A stretch of DNA of 64,000 nucleotides. Origin: Microthyrium microscopicum. Lineage: Eukaryota. Shown piece after piece: positions 51,252 to 63,476 of the stretch. The position numbers were made by a program, and so were the translations under genes. Under the pieces are notes generated by a model. It worked only from the letters and a program-made list of their open reading frames with translations, did no database searches and was not told the origin of the DNA. Position 1 is the first letter of the stretch. The number at the start of each line of letters is the position of its first letter. The DNA lies in assembly GCA_010405405.1 (NCBI GenBank), contig MU004241.1:434001-498000 (forward strand), read 5' to 3'.

Positions 51252-51986
51252 CAAGTTGTGTGTCATCGACACGTCCTAGAGGCAGTGTTAGATGCTGAAA
51301 CATTTGCTGTCATACTAGATCAAGGGAAATCATATTAGTGGTGACACCAACTGATCATAGATAGATAACTTTCTCTTCTCTCATTCAAGAGATTCAAGAG
51401 CATGGGATCATGAATAACCATTTCGCTTCCTCAAAATCCTTGAAGCGAGCCTAGTTTCTGAAACGTTCCACGCTTCCACAACAGTGGAATCCGTCTATAA
51501 ATCAATCTAGATAGATCGGGAATCGCATCATACATCCATCGAATATAGGGTGATGTAGATTAGATAGCATCATATTCCGGATTCCCCATATTATAACACC
51601 GACGGCCCGACATGGACCCTGAATATCGGGATCGTTGATAAATTGAACTCAGTTGAGCAAAGATCTGCATGGGAGGCCGCGGACAAGCTTGGGATTTTGA
51701 AACAAGCTGTTTCGATATTCAGTGTTGATCCCTTCAAAATAGAGGGAGGAATGGCATCATATAGGAAAGGATCTGAAGGAGTAGCAGTAGATCAGAAAAC
51801 GGACAAAGTGGAGAAATTGATATTTACCCCATGCTTTTACCCTTGGTCCTTACGGGATGTGGGAACTGATAAACATCCACGTTGCCTTGTGGATATTTCC
51901 ACGTCTGCTATCCACTGAAATCCCTAGTCCTGGATTGTTTGATTGACATGCAGATTTTGCTAGAATATCTGATTGTTGTGGTTATT

Positions 51987-54900
51987 AGGGAGGGTTAGCA
52001 AACCAAATCGTGCCAAATTGATTTAAGTGTTTTCTAGCTAAATCTAGGTTAGGGGGCGTTAATGCTTAGATCTATAAGTATTACGTAGGGATAATACGTT
52101 ATATATAAATTTCCTCTATATACGTTTTCCTATCATAACGTTGCTATATTTTAATCTATCTTAACTAAAAAGAGCCCAAAATAGATACTATTAAAGCTAA
52201 CGATATTAAGATAGCTATTATTAGTATTTTAGTAATACTAATATACGAGATACTTAATAATAAATAATAAAATAAAGAATATAGGTTACTAATTAAATAT
52301 ATACTATTTAATTAGTATCTTAAAGATAAGTTAAAGTAGATATATAAAGTTAAATATTAGTATGCACTATAGGCTTAGGTTAAAGTAATATCTATAATAC
52401 TAATTAGTATGTAATAGATTTAAGAAGCATAAAATATAATAGCTAGTAGAGATATTTAATCTTAATAACGTTCCTCTTCTATATTAAATTATACTACTAG
52501 ATAAAGCTAATTTCCTATTATATATAGTATGCTATAAGCTTACTAGAATTTATACCTATATTAATATTTATTAGTACTTTAGAAGAAGTATTAGTTATAT
52601 AAAGTTCTACTTTAATACTATATTATTATACTTATACTATAAATATATAAAGTTATTATTATAGTTTTACTCTTTCCTTATATTATTAAGATATAAATAA
52701 TACGCTAGAGCTATTAATCATACTAGTAGTATATATAAATTTTAAGGCTAGATTAATAGAATATATATTAATATTAGTAGGCTAAAGGGTACCTAGATCT
52801 AGTAGGAATTCTATAGTAGTTATAAAGAAAACTACTATATAAAAACGTAAGCTATAGCTATGCCTAATAGGATGTTGCTAGCACTTAATTATAGCTACTT
52901 TAGATCCTTAAACAATCCCCTAATATTAATTAATTCTAGTCTTAAAGATAGGATTTAATAAATATTTAGTAATAGTCTAAAGAAGCTATTATATAGCGAC
53001 GTAGCTTATCCTACTAATAATATAATTATATCTCTATACTAAGGCATAGAATTACTCCTTTAGTAATAGAACTTTAATCTATAATAAGCTAGTATTTATA
53101 TTGCTATAAAGTAAATATTTACTATTTTAAAAAACTTATAGTAAGGAGAAACGTCTAACTATAGATATAATATATAGATAGGATTAATACCTATAGTATA
53201 TTATTAGACTATATTAGTATTACTTTAGAACTATAGAATAGCATTATAAAGATATAATCTTATTTAAAGTCATTTTAGGGTTTTGCTACTATTAATTAAT
53301 AAATATTTAAATCCTATAAATATATTTAATATTCTAATACTATTAAAAGGAGAAGAATAAGATAATTTAAATAGTATAGAATAGTTATAGTATTTATTAA
53401 AGATATTAAAGTTATAAAGTAAAGTTAGATATTCTTATTAAAGGAAAAGAAGTTAATAAGGTAGAGTTAGCTAATTATTTAACCCTTTTATATACTTTTA
53501 AAGCTTTTAGTATCTATTATAAGATTTATATAAAAACTATATTCTAACGCTACTACTAAATTATATAGAGAATATTAAAATACTCTTACTAATATTTATT
53601 ACTTATAAGACTCTTTAATAACTTCTTTATCTCTATTATCTCTAAGCGTAATCTATTTACCTCTTTCCTTAGACCTATAACTTTACCTTCTTTATTACTA
53701 CTACTACTACTACCTATAAGATTATTAGTATTACTACTACTATATTTATTTTAATCTCTAAGAGCCTAAATAATTAATTTAGATATCTTTATAATAGTAT
53801 CTTTTAGTATACAAACTTCCTTAGTCCTTTTATACTTCTTCTATACTCTTAGAGTTAAAGTAGAAGCTCTTAAAAAGTAAGGAATTACTAAAGAAGTAAA
53901 GGTACCTATAGGATTTAGCTATAGGTTATTTAAACTAATATCTTATTATATTTCTACTAATATTTCTTTAAGATTATTAGATAATTCTTTAACGTTACTA
54001 TTACTATCTAAAAGAATATTAATTAATAGAGTACCTTTATCTATAAATTATTAAGCAAGATTATTACGTATTATAAAGCTATCTTCCTTCTATACCCTTT
54101 TTATATTAGAGGTACTCTTTTTAATAATAATAATATTATAATGCTATGTCTAAATAGGTTTAAATTAATTAAGCACCTATCTAAATTTATTATATAGAAT
54201 ATTATACTCTAATAAATTCTTCCTCTTTGCTATTTATAGAGGAATTACTCTCTCTATTATTACTATATATACTACTCTAGTAGGTTCCTTATCTATTATA
54301 AAGTTCTTCTTAGTTTTAAAGAAGATAGAAACTATATACTACTACTAGATTTTCTATTCTATAATAGCTTTCCTACTAATACTACTATAAGTATTAATCT
54401 TCTCTAAATAATAATATAAAACTATAGTTAACGTTAGTATAGCCTAATTAAGGTTTTACTTCCTACTCTTTAAAGGCATTAAAGATATTAGAATTATAGA
54501 AACTATAAGTACTAAAGTTATAAAAACTATAAGTACTAGTATAGTAGTAAATACTTACTATAAAGAGAAGAGTAAATAAAGCTTTAGTTAGCTCTATAAT
54601 AATAATATTAGCATAAACTAATTTAAAGATAGTAACATAGTACTATTTTAGTATATATCCCTATATTATAGTTAAGGCTAGAGATCCTATAGTAGCAATA
54701 GTAGCATTTACTAAGAATTAGTTCTCTAGCTAAATTCTTATATCTATAAGCCTATAGTAAAGTTAAAGTTAGGATTTTAGCTAAAATACGCCCTACTATA
54801 AAGTATTTATATAAGAGTTATCTTATTAACGTTATAGGCTTCCTTAAACGACTCTAAATACTATAATTCTTATAGTTCTTATAATTCTTATAATTCTTAC

Positions 54901-55310
54901 TATTATAAAGAACGCTAGATTAACTCTACTAGTAAGGAATTAGTATTATTTAGTAAGTATTATAGATTTAAAGATATACTAACAATATAGATAGATTTAT
55001 ATAGTATTTTACTACTTATAGCTATACTAAAGATTTATTTAACTTTATTAACTTTAATAGCTTTAGCACTTTTAGAATACGCTCCCCTAATAATATTCTT
55101 AGACCTATAGATTTATAAATTAATAGAATGTCGTTAAAATAATAATAAGCTAATCCTATCTTAGTGCTACTAAACCCTTTTAATCAAATCAAATTAAGGT
55201 TAAGCCGCTAGACCTAAGGTCTAGCGGGTCGACCTTGATTTAATTATCTAACGATTTTGGGTAAAGATCTGCAAATCAATTTGGCACGATTTGGTTTGCT
55301 AACCCTCCCC
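51987..55310. mobile_element. RIP-inactivated PIF/Harbinger DNA transposon (3324 bp)
   Basis: About 38-bp TIRs (G/A)GGGAGGGTTAGCAAACCAAATCGTGCCAAATTGATTT, 3-bp TSD ATT (51984-51986 and 55311-55313), and a de-RIPed DDE_Tnp_4-like motif LLY(G)DVAYP at about 52986 on the plus strand. Confidence 0.88.
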
Positions 55311-57138
55311 ATTGGCATGCAGAACTATTTGACGGTACCATTTGCTTGGCTTACAGTAGTAACACCGGTGAGGCTGGTGAGGCTAGTGATTTGGCTGAAA
55401 GGAGCCTAATCAGTTTGTCTAGATCTTGCTAGGGTGCAGTGTGGGAGATGTATAATTTCCAAAAGGTTCAGCCGCGGCTCAAACACCCCTCCATTGGCTT
55501 GTTTGAGGTCCAAATAGTCGAGTCCTTTTCTCATCTCAGCAACTGGTATAATTGGCAAAGGAGCTCACAGGCGCTGTAGTAGTCAATGATGTGGACTCTG
55601 AAAAGAGAACGCTATAAATTCTGTCCTCATCGGGATTTGAGCATGATCCGTCAGCCAGGATAAAATAGCCCTGATGAGCAAGAGGACGCAGAGCTATGTC
55701 ATGTCAGCGAACACCCTTATGAATCCTGTGCCTCCTGATGTAATATGTCGTCCCCGCAGCGATCCGCACAATCCTAAACAATTATGTCGTAGGGAGCAAT
55801 ATATATCCCCAACTTCTCAAGCGCAAGGCTGGGTGAGCTGTGGCAAGATGTGGGCAGATGCGTGATGCGAGGGCAGGATTCGGAGTACGAAGTGAGCTTT
55901 CCTGCTCCTGCTGACCATGGAGGCCATGTCAAGTGACGCTAACAACGTCCAAAATTGGGTTGTCTAGCTGCGTGTTTGTCAGAGCTGCTCTGGAGAATGG
56001 ATCCCAATGGGCAAGCGAAGAGGCTGAACAAAACAAGTTATTGGCGCTCAGCTGGATGAAGCTGGTGAGAATGTTGGCGGGTTGGGTGTTGACGGTGTAA
56101 GTCGTGCTTTTGTTCTTTCGCTTGTGTACTCCTTTGTTGGGTGTAGTTTGAGTGCGGCTGCATCAACATTTGTACTGTTTGTTTAGTCTGGAAGCTCACA
56201 TGGCCAGAAAGACGGGTTGTTCAGCAACTTCAGCTCAAGGTCGGCGCCTACACTGCTCCAAAGCCCACCGACTGGATCAACCCAACAGCATGGCAAAGAT
56301 CGGTGAAGACCTGCTTGGCGTGGAGATTGGGCTTCAGAAAGAGACGAGGCTGGCCAATGGTGGTGAGAAGCTGGGCAAGCGAGGAGTGTCAAAACAATGT
56401 TCCTGGCGATCCACAGCCTGGATGCGGATAGGGCAGACCAATTGCGTATCAAGATGTTGTTTGGTGGAGGGAAGAGAGTCCAAGACGGGCGCAGCGATCG
56501 GCGAGTCTTGATCAGATGGTGAGAACTGAGAAGGTGTCTGACAGGGGCACGTTCCGCCTAAGAGTCTTTTTCAACGGGGATGCCCGTAAGTCTGGCTTTC
56601 CCTGGGTTGCTGCCACGGGGTTGGTGGATTGGTGGGTGCAAAAGGCGTTATGGGCAAATTATTGGCGCTTTTTTCCAGTCCTTTTTGGTGTTTTGCTCTC
56701 TGCACGCTGCAGCCCAGAGGCCCCAGACCACGAGGTTCCCCCCAATTGGCAATCGTTTCCATTGGTGGCGGATGAGGGATTGGCGAATTGCAAAGCGGAT
56801 CTCGTCAGTGCTGCGTGTACTGGGTCCAGGTCCAGGTTCACACAGCCTGCTACCGTATGGTCATGTTCCCAGAGTGATTAATCCTGATGGAGAAGCTCTT
56901 TGAGCTCACCATCAACATCCAGGGGATCCTGAAATTTTACATCTAGACAGATATAAGGCCTTCCTTCCTCCCCCTTGCCATCCAAGGCCTCCTACATACA
57001 AACTCTATACACAACATACAAACCTTAAACCATACCAACAAACTCTTACACAGTTACACCATACTACATCTCACTCTTACCCGACTATCCGATCTCACAT
57101 CTTATCTGTACGACATTACACCAGCCACCACTACCACC

Positions 57139-58269
57139 ATGATGGTCCCAACAACCAATACTCTGGTTCTTATAACCGGTGTCACCGGTCACATTGGCTT
57201 CAAAACCCTCCTCTTCGCACTAAACTCCGGCTTCACAGTACGAGCAGCAGTCCGCTCAAACTCAAAGGCACAAAACATCCTCAACCACCCAAAAATTCAA
57301 TCTCTGGCACCAGGCCCTCGGCTCACATTCATCACCGTCCCCGATCTTACTGCGCCACATGCCTACGACGCCGCAGTAGAAGGCGTAACCCACATTATCC
57401 ACATCGCCTCTCCCCTTCGGATCAGCAGTGGCACTGACGACGAAATTCCATTAAATGAACAAGATGCCTACTTTATCCAGCCGGCCATCCGCGGCACCAC
57501 TTCCATGCTTGATGCAGCCCACGCATCTCAAACAGTCCGCCGCATCGTCATTACATCCTCTTTAACAGCCCTCATCCCCTTTGACGCACTCGTCGGCGAT
57601 GCTCCACTCCCCGCTGAGCCCATCACACCAGCCTCCCGCGTCGAATTAACAGAGGGCCCATATCTCAACGAATTCGAAGCCTACGCCGCTTCCAAAGTCG
57701 CCGCTCTAGCCCACGCAGAGGAATGGCTAGCTTCCCACCCATCTAGGCAATTCGACTGCATTCATCTCCACCCAGGATTCGTACAAGGCCGCAATGAACT
57801 CGCCACCAGCGCCCGCGAAGTCTTTGGCGGCACAAATAAACTTGTCCTCGGCATGGTACTTGGCAAAACCTTCGAAGCGCCCATCGCCGGTGCCACAGTT
57901 CATGTTGACGATGTAGCGCGCATCCACGTACAAGCGCTCTCACCTTTCGTCCCTGGCGACATGGGCTACATACTGTCCCAAGCGACCGAATGGGACGACG
58001 CAAAGACCTTTGTGTCCAAACACTTTGGCGGCGCCGTTGAGAAGCGTGTGGTGCCAAATACAGGGCATATTGAGACGACGCGAGTGAACGTAGACAATGG
58101 CTTGACGGAGGATGTATTTGGACGATTAGCTGGCTTTGAAGAGCAAGTGAAGAGTGTAGTGGGACACTATGTTGAGCTCCGCATGAAGGGCATGGCACGA
58201 CGGAAGCGCGAGAGCAAGCGACCGGCCGCACAGCAGGAGGCAGTGCGCCATGCTATTGCGACGGTGTAG
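57139..58269 (+). CDS. NAD(P)-dependent epimerase/dehydratase (extended SDR, aldehyde reductase II/GRE2-like)
   Basis: Motifs VLITGVTGHIG, IIHIASP, RIVITSS, YAASK (YxxxK) and VHVDDVARIH. TATA-like TATAAG at about 56952. Confidence 0.92.
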   Translation: MMVPTTNTLVLITGVTGHIGFKTLLFALNSGFTVRAAVRSNSKAQNILNHPKIQSLAPGPRLTFITVPDLTAPHAYDAAVEGVTHIIHIASPLRISSGTDDEIPLNEQDAYFIQPAIRGTTSMLDAAHASQTVRRIVITSSLTALIPFDALVGDAPLPAEPITPASRVELTEGPYLNEFEAYAASKVAALAHAEEWLASHPSRQFDCIHLHPGFVQGRNELATSAREVFGGTNKLVLGMVLGKTFEAPIAGATVHVDDVARIHVQALSPFVPGDMGYILSQATEWDDAKTFVSKHFGGAVEKRVVPNTGHIETTRVNVDNGLTEDVFGRLAGFEEQVKSVVGHYVELRMKGMARRKRESKRPAAQQEAVRHAIATV

Positions 58270-58497
58270 TTTAACGACTCATGATTGTTGGTGTTTTTAG
58301 CGTTTTAGCGTTGTGCTTTTTGATACCCGACGTACCAATCGTACAGTCTGAAGATCCAGAATGGATGCAGTAGATAGAATATATCACCACTTGACACTTC
58401 TTTACATTACTTTCTGATGCATCTTTCTCTTCATCACATTTTCTGCTGACCCATACAATGCAATGCAACGAAAATAATTCTCATTTTACCGTCCAAC

Positions 58498-60265
58498 TCA
58501 GAGCATAACCATACCCATACCGCCCTGAGAATTATGCTCAACCTGTTTCCGCGCATCCAAGCCCCCAGCAATCGGACTCGCACGATAATTGAACAAGTAA
58601 TAATGCAATTTTCCATCCCCCGGTCCCCACTTCTGCTGTTCCAAAAACAGCGGATTGTCCAGCAATGTCAACGCATTAACCACATCGAATTTTTGCTGTT
58701 TCCTCAATTAGCATTCCTCCTCACATCTCTCCTTTCCGAGAAAACACTTACCTTTTTAGCCAAAATCAACATATCCTTCATCAACTCATTCAACCTCTCC
58801 TTCAACGCTACGCCCTCATCCTTTTTATCCTCCTTCTTCTCGCCCTTCTTATCGTCTTTTTTGAACGCCGCATCCGTCGCATAATAGTACAAATATGCCG
58901 CCTTGATAACCTTTGGTGTCGCGCTCTTAATCACTGTACTTTCAAGTCTATAAAAGCTAAAGAAATCGGTGATTTTGCCAGCAGTTTCGACAACGTACGT
59001 CCAGACCACGCGCTCAGATTCGGAAGATGCGCCGGAGGAGTGGACGAGCCAGTGCTCCAAGTCGTCTTTGCTGAAATCTTGCGCGATGCTGAAGCGCTGG
59101 AGGTAGCGCTTTAACAGCGTTCGGACGGCGTTGACGTCGCCTGCGACCATGGGCCGTAGACCCTCTGTGGAAGTGTTGGCGGGGAGTTTGAAACGGAGTG
59201 CTTGGCGTGTTCGCGAGACGTTGGGTGGGAGGTGGGCGAAGCCGACGTCGTAGAGTTTGTCAAAATCGAGGGTGCGGTGGAAGTACTGGCATGTACTCAG
59301 CGGGCTTGGTACGACGACACCGGCGGTGTATATGGCTTGGTATATGCCTGTTACGTAGAAGCGGCGGGTGATTTCCTTGATTAGCAGAGGCGCGAGGCGC
59401 TTGCCGCGGATCTTCTTGTGTACGCAGAGATAGTTGACTTCTGCGCTGCGGAAGGTCTTGCCGCGGACACGGAGATCGATGGGAATGCCGGAGACGAAGG
59501 CGACGAGGGAGCCGAGTGTGCCGTCGGGCTTTTTGACGCGGACGCCGACGTGCCATTCCATTTGCCAGCCGGGTGCTTTGAGGGCCCTGAGAAGGTTAGT
59601 TCGGTGTGATGTGGATGAAAGGGGAGTGTGAGACGGACCAGTGGAGGAAGTTTTCGGAGTAGTTGAAGCGGAACATTGCTTCGTCGTCTTCAACATAGTG
59701 GTTGGAGAGAAGGTCATATACCTCTTTCGTCTGGTCACTCTTAGTATGCTTTCTTCATTATATCAAGAAAGTACAAACCTCATTCTCCTTCGTAAGATCC
59801 ATGGTAACCCAAGCAAAGCGGTCGTCAGGCATCGGTACAGGTTCCTTGGGGACTTGGTCTTTGTCGATTTCCTTGATAGGACCTTCCTTCGCCTTGGCCA
59901 CTTGTTCCTTGACCTCATCTGCTTTATAAGCTTACAAGTCATACTGACCGTCGTGTAGTGACATACCAAATGATGGAACAGGTTGACTTTTCCAAAACGC
60001 ATAGTCCTTCATATCCTTCTGGCCTTTGCCTATGATCTAAAACATGGTTAGGAATATGTCAGACTTTGGGGAAAGGAATACATACTCCTGGATTTTTGTC
60101 GGGTGTTATACCCAACTTCTTTAACATCGCTGCAACTTCTTTTGGGTCTGCGGTGTCTTTGGCGGTATTTGCTACAGTTTTGTCTGCGTTTTCAGACGCC
60201 TCTCCAGAAGGACTCGGCTTCGTGTCCTCCGCCTCCTCTTTCTTCGGTTGATTTTCTTCAGCCAT
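58498..60265 (-). CDS. NMT1: Glycylpeptide N-tetradecanoyltransferase (N-myristoyltransferase), multi-exon
   Basis: Motifs [89 protein letters not shown] and the C-terminal GMVML. Confidence 0.96.
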
Positions 60266-60729
60266 GATGACGTTTTTCTGTTAGGCTAGAGCTTTTGCGA
60301 CAAGTTGTTGTGTCCTTAAGAAATCCACTAAGCAGTAGAAGGTCTCTTTTAGAAGCCGAGCATCTAGGTTTCACTCTATCTAGCCGTTTCAACTCCAACA
60401 ATCAAAGAGAAGTTAAGACAGGTTGTGCGCTCGATAAAAGGAGTGCAAGGCTGATATTTCACAGCTTCAACAATTGTCAATTGAACCCTTTTGGTGGGCT
60501 GAATCTGCCCCACAATACAAACCAAACCGAGGAGGGCAACAAGGCCACATGGCCACAATTTCCCAGCTTGTAGCCTTGACGCCCCTAATCTGAGGCTGCC
60601 ACATTTTCCATGTTCGTTTCGCAACTTCACTTCGTCAATGGATATCGATTTGACTCAACAATTTTTCCAGGCAGGACAACAAAACGAAGGTCTTTCATTT
60701 CCGGTCAATTCCCAACAAGGCCGCCGACC

Positions 60730-61112
60730 ATGGCATCACGACTCCTCTTCAGCAGTCTCCTTGCGCGTACTCCCCTAGCTCAAACACCGATCCGATCCTT
60801 CACAACTGCCCTCAGACCCTCCCTAATCGCAAGACCCACGCTCATAAAACCAAATGTCACGTTCCAATGGCAATCAACAAGAGGGATGAAGGTCCATATA
60901 CTCAGTCGCGCAAAATGGGAGGTTTACTGACGAGATATCCAGGTCCGAAGCTCTGTGAAGCGATTATGTGATGGCTGCAAAGCTGTACGTCGGAAGAAGA
61001 AGTATGTGTACATAATATGTAGCAAGAATCCAAAGCACAAACAAAGGTATGCTATGTTTCGGAACTGTCTTGACGAAAGGATAGAAACTGATTTGTGCTT
61101 AGACAAGGATAA
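60730..61112 (+). CDS. RTC6: Mitochondrial ribosomal protein bL36m (3 exons)
   Basis: Arg/Ser/Thr-rich presequence, then spliced [41 protein letters not shown]. Confidence 0.9.
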
Positions 61113-61563
61113 AGGACCTTCTGAGACTGGCGTCCAAGCGAACGATATCATACCCCGTTTATGTAAACTTTTAGCATCTTTTAGACGCGATTGTGTACTA
61201 TACAATTATACTTTCATCTCCTGATTCGAGCCGTCTCTTGTTGATATTTCTTGGTGCTGTTGGGCTAAACAAATAAGTTGCTGATGCAAAAATTTGCCAA
61301 CACGTCAGATTCAATGCGTCATGTCAAATAGTTCACGAACGATCAAGGCCAGATCTGTGTGCACGACGACATCCACGCAATTCCTGCAAAGGTCATTGGA
61401 GATTGAGTGTCAGTTAGACTAGAAGCTCATAGAGTTCTCCGGTTCAGATAGAATACATCATATCAATCTCCACGTGTGCTGCGCGGCTAGGAATACACTT
61501 CATCAGCACACATCCAACCCAACGGCTCCAGCATTTCAGCGTCTACCCCATGACATATGCCAC

Positions 61564-62859
61564 TCAATCATCCCAGGAGTGCTTGAAAGCAGACTCCGGT
61601 CCGTGTTTCCATTTCAAGGCCGTCATGACTTCATGCTCATGTCCCCATTCCCTCAACTTATCATAGTTGCGGCAAGTCTTTGTCAGCCTCAGGTCTGGCA
61701 ACGGTACGCGCCGGTATTTGTTATACGACCAGGAGATTGTGGAGACATCTCCGTGGCACATTATCGAACGGCGAAGATTGTCGATGCAGTGATCTATGGC
61801 CCAGTTAGTGGATGTTACCTCTCGTCGATTGGACTCTGGTTGGCCACGACAGCAAATGGCCGTGGCTCTCAAGAGCCAGCTCTTCAAAACCAGCCACAGG
61901 GGACGTGGACTCACCATAATGCTGCGCATCAACGCTGGTGTAATTACGGGAACCATCTTTGTTGATAAAGTCATCGTAGTCGCTCATATACCGATCCGGA
62001 TAGAGTGATTTTCGCAGTACGTTGAGGCAGTGTAGATCGTGGAAGACGGTGAGCTGGGTCACGTATAGATCGCTGTTTGGCAACTGGACAGTGTCCAAGG
62101 TGAGTTGGCGCGCATCGTCTTTGGTAACCCAGCTGTTCCCAACTATTTCAGTGTCAGTGATGACAACTCGAGGAAAAGATGGTTCGTCTCACAGTCATAT
62201 AGGTCTATCCATTTCTTGTCCGTTGCATTCGTGGGCAATCCGTCAGTGACGTTGCACATATATGGTGTTTTCTGGTAAAAGTTCTCCCCGAAGGTTGTGA
62301 TCTCGTAGGATATCGCTGAGGAAGCGGGTGCTGGTTAGTTTGTTAGTCGAAAGCTAAGACTTTCTGCTATCAGATGTACTCAAGTGCTGCGAAGGACTTA
62401 CAGAACAATTGCTGAGAGATATCTCCGCACATTGGGCTACCGTTGCGAAGGACATTTGAAAGGAGCATACCACTCAGGCAAATGATAACCGTGTAGAGAA
62501 AAGTGAAGTGTAAAAATCTCGACGATGTCCTTGAAATCTGTCAGTATAAGTTAGGATCAATGCCAAGTCTATTTGAATAGACTGAGGTCTTTTCATGGTG
62601 AAATTCCGAATGACTTCATGGAGGCCTTCTCTTCTTGCGGGAATTATAGCACTCGGACAGGAACACATGCTATGGGAGCCATGGAAGGTACTGAAACCCT
62701 GCACTGGTTTTGCTGTTTGTCATGTCGTCACAACATGAGGTTTACCACAAGGAAAACTTACCATTTTCTCACTTCTTCAATGTGCGCAGAAACGCCTTTC
62801 TCAATCCGAACATTGTTGGCTTCTTCATCTGGCAAAGCGGCATAGGTTTTCAAACTCAT
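61564..62859 (-). CDS. DUF3328 / UstYa-like oxidase (multi-exon)
   Basis: Spliced TM helix FLHFTFLYTVIICLSGMLL, then LF|SPASSAI, DKKWIDLY, VFHDLHCLNVLRK, H-Y-D-H-C-IDNLRRSIMCHGD (across intron 61914-61794) and KTCRNYDKLREW: two HxxHC motifs. The first exon (MSLKTYAALPDEE, ATG 62859) is plausible but its splice to the next exon is unresolved. Confidence 0.92.
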
Positions 62860-63476
62860 CGTTGGACCAATATCAGTTATCCAGACGCCCAATGCAGACA
62901 ATTAACCAACAAACAATAGAGATCAGTATATTTTGACTGAACACTGGAAACGTCTGTAGCCTGTAGGCCCAGGGATCTAGAAGCATCCGCCTCGACATAA
63001 TTGGCCTTGAAATAGCTTAGTGACTCTTCGGCGTTTACTTTCTGATCAGTCACCTGCCAATTTAGATTTCTAGGCAGTTCCACGAGCTCTAATTTCACAT
63101 TAGTGTTCACAATCTCAGCCTAATGCTTCAAAAAGACCTAGCTCTTTCCCAGATAATGCTTTCGCCACTCCAAGCCAGGCTGCTTTGAGTATCGCCTTGC
63201 CGCAAAGGAATCCTCAGAGCCTCACAACACGCGCTAAATGTCACAATGGTGAGCCTCATGGCAGGCACGCTTTGAATGAATCACACGGTGACCACGTTCA
63301 GTGACAGCACCAAGCTAGTCCAAGAAAGGGAATGTCATCAATTCTAGGCACTACTTAAGCTCTTCTTCCACTCGAATTGTTCTTCATCCTTCATCCTCTT
63401 CCCGCACACTCTCATCCACAACACATCCAACCAATTCATCTGATCACTTATCGCATCTACATCCAAATCCTTCACC

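Noticed and set aside
31729..58269. P450, OPT transporter and SDR as members of the RiPP cluster
   Set aside because: They are separated from the DUF3328 gene by housekeeping genes (L36, NMT1, MED6) and by 3-28 kb; nothing in the sequence links them.
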